DNA from: Octopus sinensis
Taxonomy: Eukaryota
Direction of reading: 5' to 3'
Length of the DNA: 64,000 bases
Assembly (NCBI RefSeq): GCF_006345805.1
Contig: NC_043026.1
Location: 13,309,579 to 13,373,578 of the forward strand
Of this stretch, positions 1 through 11,919 are shown piece by piece (position 1 is the first letter of the stretch; the number at the start of each line of letters is the position of its first letter). The notes under the pieces were generated by a model. That model was not told the origin of the DNA. It ran no database searches and saw only the letters and a program-made list of their open reading frames with translations. Position numbers and translations under genes: made by a program.

Positions 1-39
1 AATTTCAACTATAGATATATATACATACATACATACATA

Positions 40-215
40 CATAAATTGAAAAATCCACCAGAATGGACGAAAGTGCTAATATATGATATAAGTTATATGA
101 TGTATAAAAACATGTAATATACAAATAAATATCTGTAAATATAAAACCATCCGATTTTCTGAGTACCTCATTTCTTCTAATATAAAATACCTGTACATCA
201 TCTCCAAACTTTCTA
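40..215. mobile_element. AT-rich interspersed repeat fragment
   Basis: Matches the right arm of the fold-back at 11170-11307 (atctgtaaatataaa...ccatccgat...cctcatttcttctaatat) and the reverse complement of 10895-10925. Confidence 0.55.
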
Positions 216-229
216 ATAATAATAATAAT

Positions 230-555
230 AATAATAATATATATATATACATTATATATATATATATATACATACACACACATATATATATATATATACA
301 CATATATATGCCTGTACTTGATAATTCAGGGTGAATACATACACATATATACATACATATATATATATACATATATATGTATATATATATATACATATAT
401 ATATGTATATATATACATACATATATATGTATATATATATATACATACATATATATATATGTATATATACATACATATATATATGTATATATACATATAT
501 ATATATATACATGTATATGTATATATATACATACATACATATATATATACATGTA
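230..555. repeat. (TA)n/(TACA)n compound microsatellite
   Basis: Seen directly in the sequence. Confidence 0.95.
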
Positions 556-574
556 TATCGCCATGTTGATTCGC

Positions 575-775
575 TAGCCTCTGCACGCATTTTTTTTCTC
601 TCCTTGTTTCTTTCTGTGTTTCTTTTCTGTGTATCTTTCTGTCGAAGAGTGTAGGCTCGAAACGTAAAAGACTTGTTTTATTTATATTCCTGAGCGCCAT
701 ACTAATACAATTGTTTGTTTGTATTCCACCTGCCTTCGTCTTTTGTTTATTTTCATAAAGCTTCCCGTTATATAT
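575..775 (+). mobile_element. Penelope-like-element-derived short repeat carrying a hammerhead motif
   Basis: gaagag...ctcgaaacgt followed by cctgagcgcc..taatac; related copies at 19375-19735 (-) and ~50300-50470. Confidence 0.55.
634..671 (+). ncRNA. Minimal type I hammerhead ribozyme motif (A6>U variant)
   Basis: TCTTT-CTGTCGA-A-GAGT-GTAG-GCTC-GAAAC-GTA-AAAGA: 5-bp helix I, 4-bp helix II, palindromic ACGU helix III, GUA cleavage triplet. Confidence 0.6.
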
Positions 776-808
776 ACATACATACATACATACATATATA
801 TACATGTA

Positions 809-840
<32 letters not shown>

Positions 841-869
841 CATACATATACATGTATATATATATATAT

Positions 870-1455
870 ATCATCATCATCATCATCATTTAGCGTCCGT
901 TTTCCATGCTAGCATGGGTTGGACGGTTCTACTGGGGTCTGTGAAGCCAGAAGGCTTCATCAGGCCCAGTCAAATCTGGCAGTGTTTCTACGGCTGGATG
1001 CCCTTCCTAACGCCAACCACTCCGTGAGTGTAGTGGGTGCTTTTTACGTGCCACCCGCACTGGTGCCAGACAGAGCTGGCAAACGGCCACGAACGGATGG
1101 TGCTTTTTATGTGCCACCGGCACGAGGGCCAGGCGAGGCTGGCAACGGACACGAAACGGGGCGGTGCTGGCAACGGTCGCGAAACGGAAAGTTCTCTTAC
1201 ATGCCACCGGCACTGGTAACACATCTGCAATTTCCATTGATCGATTTCGATTCTGATCCTCACTTGCCTCAATGGGTCTTCACAAGCAGAGTTTCGACAT
1301 GCCACCGGCACTGGTAGCACATCCGCAATTTCCATTGATCGATTTCGATTCTGATCCTCACTTGCCTCAACACGTCTTCACAAGTAGAGTTTTGTGTCCC
1401 AAGAAGGGAAGGTATGCATACGTAGGCTGGCTCCATCCCATGTAGAAGGCCACGG
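870..1455 (-). mobile_element. Non-autonomous retroposon/SINE with RTE-type (ATG)n tail
   Basis: catcatcat...ttttccatgctagcatgggttggacgg...ggatgcccttcctaacgccaacc; same family at 24826, 40056, 47400, 49900 and 63720. Confidence 0.75.
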
Positions 1456-2244
1456 GTTGTGGACTCACTTATATATATATACACATACATACATACACAA
1501 AGAAGATATTCTCATACATATAATCAGAATACAACAGAGTCTCTAACTGTTTATTTCCAACATAATAACTGTACAGTGATCTTATCCTTCATTGTATTCA
1601 CGATGTCAATGAAACCAATAACATCTCTTCTCTCTTCAGAAAGTATCCAACATCATATACACATAAATATGTTGAAAAAATGATTTTATTAGAAATATTA
1701 CAGAAGTAAGTTATCTCACCAACATAGATACAGTTATAGAAAATATATTGGGAGATTAATATCATACACTGTTATATCGTTTTTCCACAATCAATACTTC
1801 AGAATGTCTGTCTCTTAACATTGATCTTCCATAGTGGTACGCGCTGGACAATTTGACAGGATCTGACAAGTCTAATGACTGCTTTAAGTGTCAATGTCTT
1901 CAGCTGGATGCTCTGTCCATGACATCAGCACTAGTAAAGTTACTGTGCATCTGGCATGAATAAGGTTCCTTAGAAGCAAAGGTAGTTTTATGTTGGGAGA
2001 TAAATTAAATATTAAAAGAAAGGGTTTTGTGGTTAGTAAAGACCCCACTTTAGTCGCAAATGACCATGGGATTGCACATAGAAAGTTCCACTTCGAGGCA
2101 CAAGTCCAGGCAAAGTTATTTGTGGAAAACCATCACCCATGCATACTAGTCTCCCCTTTCCATGCCACTGATGTTGTCAAAAAGAAAGGCAAAGGCTGGT
2201 AGAACTAGGCACCAGTGATGCCACAACCCATTGCTACAACTAAA

Positions 2245-2365
2245 TAAAACTGGAGCAACGTGAAATAAAATATCTTCCTTAATAACACAACACACAGTCT
2301 GTTCAGGAATCGAACTCACAACCTCATAATTGTAAGCTCAATGCTCTAACCACTGAGCCATGCTT
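2245..2365 (-). mobile_element. tRNA-derived SINE head
   Basis: Reverse complement gives ggctcagtggttagagc (A box) and gagttcgattcc (B box), then tttatttcacgttgctccagt as in 36630-36920. Confidence 0.65.
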
Positions 2366-2467
2366 ATTGTTATATATCATATTTATCTTTTAAGATGAAT
2401 TTTAATGAATTGCTGATTAAGATTAATATTTTTAACCTTGGTATAACTAGACATTTTGTAAGTACTA

Positions 2468-2885
2468 TATCTATTTCTTTATTACCCACAAGGGGCTAAA
2501 CACAGAGGGGACAAACAAGGACAGACATAGGTTTTAAGTCGATTACATCGACCCCAGTGCGTAACTGGTACTTAATTTATCGACCCCGAAAGGATGAAAG
2601 GCAAAGTTGACCTCAGCAGAATTTGAACTCACAACATAACGCAGACGAAATACCTATTTCTTTATTACCCACAAGGGGATAAACATAGAGGGGACAAACA
2701 AAGACAGACATAGGTTTTAAGTTGATTACATCGACCCCAGTGCGAAACTGGTACTTAATTTATCGACCCCGAAAGGATGAAAGGCAAAGTCGACCTCGGC
2801 AGAATTTGAACTCACAACGTAACGGCAGACGAAATACCACTAAGCATTTCGCCTGGCGTGCTAACGTTTCTGCCAGCTCGCCACC
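2468..2885 (-). mobile_element. SINE family B, partial dimer
   Basis: Reverse complement of ggcgagctggcagaaacgttagc...gagttcaaattc...gtaataaagaaatag with a duplicated 3' half. Confidence 0.8.
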
Positions 2886-3485
2886 TTTTTTGTAAGTACT
2901 ATATCGTCATCAATTTGATGCCCACTTTCCATGCTGGCAAGGGCTGGACTGTTTGACAGGATCAGGTGAGCCCCAGCACTATGCCAGGCTGCAGTGTCAA
3001 CTTTTGCAGGGATTTTCTGATTGGAGGATGATGATGATAATTATCATCCTTATTTAACATCTATTTAACATCTTATTTAACATCTATGATAATGATCATC
3101 ATCATCCTTATTTAACATCTATTTTCCATGCAAGCATGAGTTGGACGGTTTGACAGTCGACCAGCCGAAGGGCTGTTCAGACCCCATGTCTGTCTTGGCA
3201 TGGTTTCTACAGCTTGAAGCCCTTCCTAACACCAACCACTTCACAGAATATACTGGATGCTTTTCATGTGGCACCAATGCTCATGCTAATGTTAACCACT
3301 TTGCAGCAGCCATAGAAATCAAACTAACATAGACTATGGAGCCTGGTGCAGCCCCTGTTCTTGCCAGTTCCTTTTAAGCCGTCCAACCCATGCCAGCATG
3401 GAAAACAGATGTTAGATGACGATGATGATGGACATCAACAATGAGACAGTCACTGCTCTGTATTAGTACATGTATGTGTAATTAA

Positions 3486-4715
3486 CCCTTTCATTATGAA
3501 CCCGGCTGAAACCGGCATGGCTCTGAGTACAAGTGTTTTGTTTTCATAAATTCTGAATTAAAATCTTCCACCAAACCTTAGTCACAATATATGTTCCTAA
3601 CACTAGCTGAATGACTTTACTAAGTTATTTTACTAAATTCTTTGTTATATTTAAAGTAATTGAAAGAAACACAGAGCATCTCAAAATAAATATGGTACAA
3701 AAGGGTTGAAATATATAATAGAGAAACAATTCTTAACCCTTTTGATACCAGCCTGGTTGAAACCACTTCTGTCTTTGTAGTACAAATGTCTTGTTTTCAT
3801 AAGTTCTGAATTAAAATTTTCTACCAAAATTTAGTCACAGTTTATGTTCCTAACACTAGCTTAATGATAACTAAGTTATTTTACTAAATTCTTTGTTATA
3901 TTTGAAGTAATTGAAAGAAACACAGAGCATCTCAACAGAATATGGTAACAAAAGGGTTAAGAAGAGAAATAATCAGCAGAAGACCTGAGAAGGAGACCTC
4001 AATGTGGTCACTCTATATGCTAGAAATAATAGCCTAAATTTCCTTCAATCCACACCCTTTCAACTGCTTCTAATGTCCATCTACCCAAATGTAGAGGTGT
4101 TTTTAACCATTTCAATACCAACCCGGTTGAAACCAGCTCTGGCTCTGTAGTATAAATGTCTTGTTTTTGTAAATTCTGAATTAAAATCTTCCACCAAACC
4201 TTAGTCACAATTTATGTTCCTAACACTAGCTTAATGATAACTAAGTTGTTTTACTAAATTCTTTGTTATATTTAAAGTAATTAAAAGAAACACAGAGCAT
4301 CTCAACAGAAATACAGTAACGAAAGGGTTAAGCCAATATTACAAAGCCATCTTTAAATGGTGTTATCCAAATTGCACGACCTGCCCACTTTAACTTTTCC
4401 TGAATTGCATATATTTACCTTTTTTAATACTCTATCTTCATTCAAATATTCTTCTTAAGCATTACTTTACTTAAAACAAATTTCAACTCCTTAAACCTTT
4501 CAATACCAAACTGGCTGAAACCACCTCTGGCTCTGCAGTACAAATGTCTTGTTTTCAAAAGTTTTGAATTAAAATCTTCCACCAAACCTTAGTCACAATT
4601 TATGTTCTTAACACTAGTTGAATGATAACTAAGTTATTTTACTAAATTCTTTGTTATATTTAAAGTAATTGAAAGAAACACAGAGCATCTCAAAATAAAT
4701 ACAGTAACGAAAGGG
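3486..4715 (+). mobile_element. Four ~220-bp piggyBac-type MITEs (3486-3705, 3737-3956, 4107-4327, 4495-4715)
   Basis: TTAA|CCCTTT ... AAAGGG|TTAA termini and a shared internal sequence; TTAA target duplication is typical of piggyBac. Confidence 0.8.
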
Positions 4716-4753
4716 TTAAGAGGCCTTCTTTAGAGAAGCATTTACTACAGTTG

Positions 4754-5869
4754 TCAGTGATATGGTTTTTCTTCTGTATGCATACACTCGTGCATAGCGA
4801 ATTGAGCAGACTTGGAGAATGATTTACCACAGATATTACAGTTATATGGCTTCTCTCCTGTATGGAGACGTTTATGAATAGCAAATTGACCAGATGTTGA
4901 GGATGATTTACCACAGATATCACAGTGATACGGTCTCTCTCCAGAATGAATATATTTGTGAGTAGTTAGAGTATTTGAGTGAGAGAAAGATTTACCACAA
5001 ATATCACAGAGATATAGTTTCTCCCCTGTATGAATACGTTTGTGACTAGATAGTTCACTACTTCGGGAGAATGATTTACCACAGATATCACAGTGATATG
5101 GTTTCTCCCCTGTGTGAATGCGTTTATGAAGAGTTAAGGGACTACTTTCTGAGAATGATTTACCACAGATATCACATTGGTATGGCTTTTCTCCTGTGTG
5201 AATACGTCTGTGTTCAGTTAAGTGTGTATTTTGTGAGAAGGATTTACCACAGATATCACACTGATATGGTTTATCCCCTGTATGAAAGCGTTTATGAAGA
5301 GTCAAATCACTACTCCCAGAAAAAGACTTATCGCAGACATCGCAGCGGAATGGTTTCTCTCCTGTATGAATGCGTTTGTGTTTAGTTAAGCTGCTTCCGA
5401 CGGAGAAAGATTTACCACAGATATCACAGTGAAACGGCTTCTCCCCTGTATGAATACGTATGTGAACAATTAAGTTACTCCTTTGGGAGAATGATTTACC
5501 ACAGATATCGCAATGATGTGGTCTCTCTCCTGTGTGAATACGTTTGTGATTAGTGAGAGCCCCTTTATCAGAGAATGACTTACTACAGATATCACAGTGA
5601 TATGGTTTCTCTCCAGTATGAATACGTACATGGACGATCAAGTAACTACTTTGAGAGAATGATTTACCACAGATATCGCAGTGATATGGTTTCTCTCCTG
5701 TGTGAATACGTTTGTGATTAGTGAGAAGCCATTTGTCAGAGAATGATTTACCACAGATGTCACATTCATAAGGTGTTTTCTTTCTCTCTTTCTTTATATC
5801 ATCAGGAAAATTAATAGTTTTACATTTTGTTTTAAATCCATCTTTCTTCTCACATAATGTATTTTCCAT
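4754..5869 (-). CDS. C2H2 zinc-finger protein, 12 fingers, 371 aa
   Basis: Twelve CxxC-x12-HxxxH units with TGEKP linkers; short basic N-terminus; no KRAB, ZAD or BTB domain visible. Confidence 0.92.
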   Translation of the reverse strand: MENTLCEKKDGFKTKCKTINFPDDIKKERKKTPYECDICGKSFSDKWLLTNHKRIHTGEKPYHCDICGKSFSQSSYLIVHVRIHTGEKPYHCDICSKSFSDKGALTNHKRIHTGERPHHCDICGKSFSQRSNLIVHIRIHTGEKPFHCDICGKSFSVGSSLTKHKRIHTGEKPFRCDVCDKSFSGSSDLTLHKRFHTGDKPYQCDICGKSFSQNTHLTEHRRIHTGEKPYQCDICGKSFSESSPLTLHKRIHTGEKPYHCDICGKSFSRSSELSSHKRIHTGEKLYLCDICGKSFSHSNTLTTHKYIHSGERPYHCDICGKSSSTSGQFAIHKRLHTGEKPYNCNICGKSFSKSAQFAMHECMHTEEKPYH

Positions 5870-5964
5870 AATTTTTCTACTCTCATTAAAACATGGATCG
5901 TTAATTCTTTTTTTCTTTTCAGTTATATATCTATTCTTTTAACAAATGTTTCTACAACTATATT

Positions 5965-6520
5965 TCCATCAACTCTGATCTTTGTTGATATTTGAAGCAG
6001 CTAAAAACTTCTTTGCCAATGTGTCCAAGCTTAATGTTTCATCTAAACATTCCAAGAAAAATGTTGTTATTAACCTCTGTTCAAAAGAAATATTTTACTG
6101 TAATTCATCACAGGTTTATATAATCTGGATCAGATCACTTCTGTAAGACATTTTCATCAACTCTGATCTTTGTTGATATCTGAAGCAGCTAAAAACTTCT
6201 TTGCCAATGTTTTCCAACCTTAATGTTTCATCTAAACATTCCAAGAAAAATGTTGTTATTAACCTCTGTTCAAAAGAAATATTTTACTGTAATTCATCAC
6301 AGGTTTATATAATCTGGATCAGATCACTTCTGTAAGACATTTTCATCAACTCTGATCTTTGTTGATATCTGAAGCAGCTAAAAACTTCTTTGCCAATGTT
6401 TTCCAAGCTTAATGTTTCATCTAAACATTCCAAGAAAAATGTCGATATTAACCTCTGTTCAAAAGAAATATTTTACTGTAATTCATCACAGGTTTATATA
6501 ATCTGGATCATATCACCTCT
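5965..6520. repeat. Tandem repeat, ~3 copies of 188-189 bp
   Basis: aactctgatctttgttgatat starts at 5971, 6159 and 6348. Confidence 0.9.
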
Positions 6521-6741
6521 TGTAAACATTTTCTTTTAATCTTCAAAAGATGTTAAATACTGATGTTGTATCTCATGTAAACAATTCTTTCATCACAAAT
6601 GTCATTTGATAAGCTGAAATAAGAATGAAACAAAAGTATAAGACATGAAAAATATTTAAATAGTAGAGATGCAACGATATTACATTTTAGCGATATTATT
6701 TTTTAATGGAATTAATGAACTTATCCAACGTTGTCTCCGGT

Positions 6742-7505
6742 GGCGTAGGAGTGGCTGTTTCCGGGTTCAGTCCCACTGTGTGGCACCTTGGGCAAGTGTC
6801 TTCTACTATAGCCTCGGGCCGACCAAAGCCTTGTGAGTGGATTTGGTAGACGGAAACTGGTATGTGTGTGTGTCTGTGTTTGTCGCCGCTCCCAACAACG
6901 CTTGACAACCGATGCTGGTGTGTTTACGTCCCCGTAACTTAGTGGTTCGGCAAAAGACACCGATAGAATAAGTACTAGGCTTACAAAGAATAAGTCCTGG
7001 GGGTCGATTTGCTCGACTAAAGGCAGTGCTCCAGCATGGCCGCAGTCAAATGACTGAAACAAGTAAAAGTAAAAGAATCAGATAGGGATTTTAGAGATCT
7101 TGTGTAAATTAGTTTCAGGGTGGCTGTGTGGTAAGAAGCTTGCTTCCCAACCACATCGTTACGAGTTCAGTCCCACTGCATGGCACCTTGGGCAAGTATC
7201 TTCTATTATAGCCTGGGGCCTACCAAAATCTTCCGAGTGGATTTGGTAGACGGAAACCGAAAGAAGTCCGTCGTATATATATTTATATTACTATATGTAT
7301 GTGTATGTCTTTGTGTTAATGTTTGTCCCCCACCATCGCTGGGCAACCAGCGTTGGCGTGTTTACGTCCCCTCGGCAAAAATTACCGATAGAATAAGTAT
7401 CAGGCTTTATAAAATAAGTCCTGGGGGTCAATTTGTTCGACTAAACCTTTCAAGGCTGGGTCCTAGCATGGCCGCAGTGCAAAATGACTGAAACAAGTAA
7501 AAGAT
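6742..7505 (+). mobile_element. Two SINE family A copies (CORE-like; 6742-7075, 7117-7505)
   Basis: gtggctgtgtggtaag...ggttcagtccca...caccttgggcaagt...gactgaaacaagtaaaag. Confidence 0.85.
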
Positions 7506-7525
7506 CGAAAAGAAAAAGAAAAAAA

Positions 7526-7705
7526 CGCGTAACTTCGGTATAGGTACCGGGTACATTTCAAGAAAGTGTTTTTTTTATATATATATATATAGGGTTAGGG
7601 TTAGGGTTAGGGTTTGTGTTAGGGGTAGGGGTGGGAGAAAAGGGTTTCTGTTATCTTCAGAAATGTAAACAAAGCCACTTACGGTACTTATACCGAAGGA
7701 TCACC
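7526..7705 (+). mobile_element. Short TIR element containing (TTAGGG)n
   Basis: Imperfect TIR gcgtaacttcggtataggtaccg / cggtacttataccgaaggatcacc; related pieces at 8108-8200, 42915-43030, 60860-60950 and 61160-61195. Confidence 0.6.
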
Positions 7706-7719
7706 GAAAAAAAAAAAAA

Positions 7720-8105
7720 GGCGATCTTTCGTCTCTAGTAGACCTTTCCGTCGATTTCCGTTAAAAATTTTTTTTTTTTACATATGGGCTTGCGGGAACT
7801 TTTGAAGTAATGAGAGCAAAAGAGACTAAGAGAAAGCGATTGTATGACGAGGGAAGTTCTTTTGAAGTTACCGTCCAGGGGAAGCATTGATGTACATGTG
7901 TGTGTGTGTGTTTGATGGGGTGTGAGAGACAGAAAGTATGTTGTGTAAGTGAAGTGCTTCTGTTAGTGTGTGTGAAGAGACAGAGAGAGTAATGTGTCTC
8001 TTTCGCTCTCATTACTTCAAAAGTTCCCGCAAGCCCATATGTAAAAAAAATAAATTTTTTTTTACGGAAATCGAAGGAAAGGTCTACTAGAGACGAAAGA
8101 TCGCC
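7720..8105. mobile_element. Long-TIR MITE (GGCGATCTTTCGTCTCTAGTAGACC family)
   Basis: ~100-bp terminal inverted repeats; further copies at 18314-18731 and 21653-22074. Confidence 0.85.
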
Positions 8106-8495
8106 TGTTAGGGTTAGGGTTAGGGGTGGGAGAAAAGGGTTTCTGTTATCTTCAGAAATGTAAACAAAGCCACTTGCGGTACTTATACCGAAGGATCGCC
8201 GAAAAACAAAAAAATCACTGATTTCAGGAATTGATTAGAAAACAGAATCAATATCGATGAATAAGGGACAACATTAAAGAATGTGTTCCGTCGAGGCATT
8301 GGTGGTGGGGAGGAATCGGTTAATGCCGACGAAAACGTACAATATTAACGGGTATAAATAGTTTCATTATCGAATACTTACGGAGATGTTTTATAAAGGA
8401 GGAGAATGATGGATTCGACCGCATCAGGGATGTGGGAAATATCTGACGTAAGACAGGAATAACGAAGGAACGGAATCGGAGTGAGTTCTCTTGTG

Positions 8496-8504
8496 GCGCA
8501 TGCG
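8496..8504. promoter_or_regulatory. NRF1-like GCGCATGCG element, candidate promoter of the 4754-5869 ZNF gene
   Basis: Motif lies in a CpG-containing unique stretch, upstream of a minus-strand GTAAGT donor (8381) and a polypyrimidine-CAG acceptor (6614). Confidence 0.35.
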
Positions 8505-8529
8505 TAGAAGTGACATTTCTGTTATACGC

Positions 8530-8978
8530 CTGTATGTATGTGTGTGTGTATGTATGTGTGTGTGTGTATGTGTGTGTGTATGTATGTATGTATGTATGTA
8601 TGTGTGTGTGTGTATGTATGTATGTACGTATGTATGTACGTATGTATGTATGTGTGTGTGTGTATGTATGTATGTATGTATGTGTGTGTGTGTGTATGTA
8701 TGTATGTACGTATGTATGTACGTATGTATGTATGTGTGTATGTATGTATGTATGTGCGTGTGTGTGTGTATGTATGTATGTATGTATGTATGTGTTTGTG
8801 TATGTATGTATGTATGTATGTATGTATGTTTGTATGTATGTATGTATGTGTGTATGTATGTTATGTTTGTATGTGTGTATGTATGTATGTGTGTATGTGT
8901 GTATGCATGCATGTGTGTATGCATGCATGTGTGTGTGTATGTATGTATACGCAGGTATGTGTGTGTGTGTGTGTATAA
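8530..8978. repeat. (TGTA)n/(TG)n microsatellite
   Basis: Seen directly in the sequence. Confidence 0.95.
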
Positions 8979-9154
8979 TAGAACATTGCGATCCGAAAAG
9001 ATCTTGGTTCAGGCAGTTAGCATCATGCACGTATTCGGCTTGGATAGATGACACACAAAGCGGATGGTACTCGTTCAACAAAATTTATTAACCAACATGT
9101 TTCATATACTTCTTTCCCTATCGAATTTAATGGCAATTTCGATAAAACACACAC

Positions 9155-9415
9155 ACGAGGTGGCAGAAACGTTAGCACGTCGGATGAAATGCTTAGTGGT
9201 ATTTCGTCTGCCGCTACGTCCTGAGTTCAAATTCCGCCGAGGTCGACTTTGCCTTTCATCCTACCGGGGTCGATAAATTAAGTAGCAGTTACGCACTGGG
9301 GTCGATATAATCGACTTAATACCTATGTCTGTCCATGTTTGTCTCCTCTATGTTTAGCCCCTTGTGGGCAATAAAGAAATAGGTATTTCGTCTGCCGTTA
9401 CGTTCTGAGTTCAAC
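9155..9415 (+). mobile_element. SINE family B
   Basis: gtggcagaaacgttagcacg...gagttcaaattccgccgagg...aaagaaataggtatt. Confidence 0.8.
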
Positions 9416-9441
9416 ATATATACATGCATAATATATCTACC

Positions 9442-9475
<34 letters not shown>

Positions 9476-9549
9476 TACATAGGGGCAGGTGTGGCTGTGT
9501 GGTAACAAACTACGTTCGAAGATACTGTACTTGATATGGGTGTTAGTGT

Positions 9550-10809
9550 CTTGCCGGTCTATGGCCTACCTTCAACAAACCGGGAAGGCACAAACACTCT
9601 GTCTTCACATTTGCTGCGTGAGACGTTTTAATGTTGACGAGCTTGCCGAGTACATAGCCGAAAATGAGCCAAAGCTCCTTCCAGAACACAAGTTCGCTTA
9701 CAACTCCGTTGTTAATTCAGTCCGGACCAAAGCTATGGGGAATTTTTTTCCTGGACGCTCCTGGGGGCACTGGGAAAACTTTTGTCAACAAATTAATATT
9801 GGCTGAGATTAGGCGAACACAAGGCATTGCCCTAGCTGTTGCATCATCTGGAACTGCGGCTACTTTGTTGCCAGGCGGCAGGACAGCTCACTCCACTTGA
9901 CTTAGCGAAGACTGAGACACCAACTTGCAACATCAGTAACAGCTCCGATCAGGCAGAAGTCTTCAGACGATGCAAGCTTATCGTTTGGGATGAATGCACG
10001 ATGGCCCACAGAGGTACTCTTGAGGCACTAGATAGATCTCTCAGAGACATCAAACACTCTTCAGCTCCCATGGGAGGCATAACACTTCTTTCAGGGGACT
10101 TCCGACAAACACTTCCCGTTATTCCCAAAGGGACTAGAACTGATGCAGTAAGTGCGTGTCTTAAGTCATCCACGTTGTGGCCACTGGTGAAGACTCTCAA
10201 CTTCACACCAATATGCGTGCTCATATGCGACGTAATATCACATTAGCAGCATTTTCTCACACCCTCCTTGCACTTGGCGATGGCAAAATACCAGGGGATG
10301 AAAATGGTAATATTGCCATCGATTCCATTTGTACCATTGTTAAAACACCTTCTGATCTCAGAGATGCAGTGTTCTCAGATCTACAAGCTAATTATCAGAA
10401 TATGGATTGGATTGGCCAAAGGGCTATTCTGGCCGCGAGGAATAAAACTGTTCACCATATTAATGATGAAATGCTAAAACTCATTCCTGGGGATGTCTAT
10501 GTATATAAGTCTATCGATACAACTCCTGACCCAGAGGACGTCATCAACTATCCAATACAGGTACTCAATTCCTTTGAGCCCCCCGGACTACCACCACACA
10601 TTCTCAAACTTAAAGTTGGTGCCCCTATAATGCTCATAAGAAATTTGGTTCCCCCAAAACAATGCAATAGCACACGTTTGATCGTTAAGTCCTTATCTCC
10701 CACCGTAAACTTATATCAATATTTGCCTGAATAATCATCATAATTCAGTGTAATCATTAACAGTACTTTCAAGCAATTCAGCCCCGAGCATTGCCGGGCA
10801 ATTCTGCTA

Positions 10810-10810
<1 letters not shown>
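9550..10810 (+). mobile_element. Decayed Helitron: frameshifted PIF1-family helicase plus 3' terminus
   Basis: Motifs LDAPGGTGKTF, AVASSGTAATLL.GGRTAHS, IVWDECTM, LSGDFRQTLP and LPPH.LKLKVGAPIMLIRN spread over several frames; cccgagcattgccggg hairpin then CTAG|T at 10807-10811. Confidence 0.9.
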
Positions 10811-10897
<87 letters not shown>

Positions 10898-10923
10898 AGG
10901 TTTAGAGATGATGTACAGGTATT

Positions 10924-11307
10924 ATATATTAGAAGAAATGAGGTAATCAGAAGATCGGATGGTTTATATTTACAGATATTTATTTATATATCACATTTTT
11001 TACATATATATCATATCGTTTAGATCATTAGCGCTTTCTCCCATTCTAGTGGGGTTTTCAAATCAAAATAATTCCTTTGTGGGGAATTTTAATCATTTTA
11101 TAGAGTTTCGTAGTGTTCCTCCCCACCACTACGAAACTCTATAAAATGATTAAAATTCCCCACAAAGGAATTATTTTGATTTGAAAATGGGAGAAAGTGC
11201 TAATGATCTAAATGATATGATATATATATAAAAAATGTAATATATAAATAAATATCTGTAAATATAAACCATCCGATCTTCTGATTACCTCATTTCTTCT
11301 AATATAT
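10924..11307. repeat. Fold-back inverted repeat, ~185-bp arms, 11-nt spacer
   Basis: 10924-11115 is the reverse complement of 11127-11307 with few differences; flanked by (TA)n. Confidence 0.9.
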
Positions 11308-11309
11308 AT

Positions 11310-11375
<66 letters not shown>

Positions 11376-11656
11376 ATGGTAGAAGTTTATTAGTGTAATG
11401 GTTGAGTCAACAATTTGTAAACAATAGTATGGAACGTCAGAGTCATAATCAGTTTGTAAGGATTGGTTCGTTGATTGTCATTATGTAAAGATGAAAGAAC
11501 GGTGATTGAAGTTGTAAAAAAATATTTATTTTACCGTTAAAATACCTTGCCTCGAGAGGCAGGTGATGAAATCATAAAGCATGCAAAGTGAAGATAGATG
11601 TCGTAGGTTTTCCTTGTATAGTTTGTGTTCGTGCTCTCGTCATTGTGTTGTAGTAA

Positions 11657-11913
11657 TCTTTATATATGAAATTCAAGTTGTGTGTGTGAGACTCTGTCTC
11701 CTCCGATTTAGATTCCTAACTACTCCCACATTTTGCGGTGCAGTTTAACCAAAAGCGGGTATCTTATAGTCGTCATTCATATCGAGCCCTTCTGGGTATT
11801 AGCGCGCGTCTACGATGAATTTTGCTCGGGTTATATAAGGGAAGTAACTCTCTAAAAATACTTATATAGTTATTTCCCTTACAAACCCGAGCAACGCCGG
11901 TCGATACTGCTAG
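11657..11913 (+). mobile_element. Non-autonomous Helitron
   Basis: A|TC 5' end, 3' hairpin cccgagcaacgccgg, CTAG|T end; sister copy at 23755-24133. Confidence 0.85.
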
Positions 11914-11919
11914 TTACAG

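Noticed and set aside
5-889. Long Y/I/T/H/V/C-rich ORFs here and at 8320-9091, 18983-19468, 20140-20543, 43184-43405 and 56615-56926
   Set aside because: They are translations of stop-poor microsatellites (TA, TACA, TGTA, TCTA), not genes.
1500-1830. Unique-looking stretch with faint resemblance (NCIYVGEITYFCN) to the propeller C-terminus
   Set aside because: Multiple stops and similarity too weak to support by eye; tblastn with the 1801-aa protein would settle it.
5071-5385. ORFs antisense or alternative-frame to the ZNF genes and to the 1801-aa ORF
   Set aside because: Shadow ORFs caused by the repetitive codon structure of the real CDS.
7590-7625. TTAGGG repeats as a sign of a chromosome end
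   Set aside because: Only 3-5 degenerate units, internal to TIR elements.
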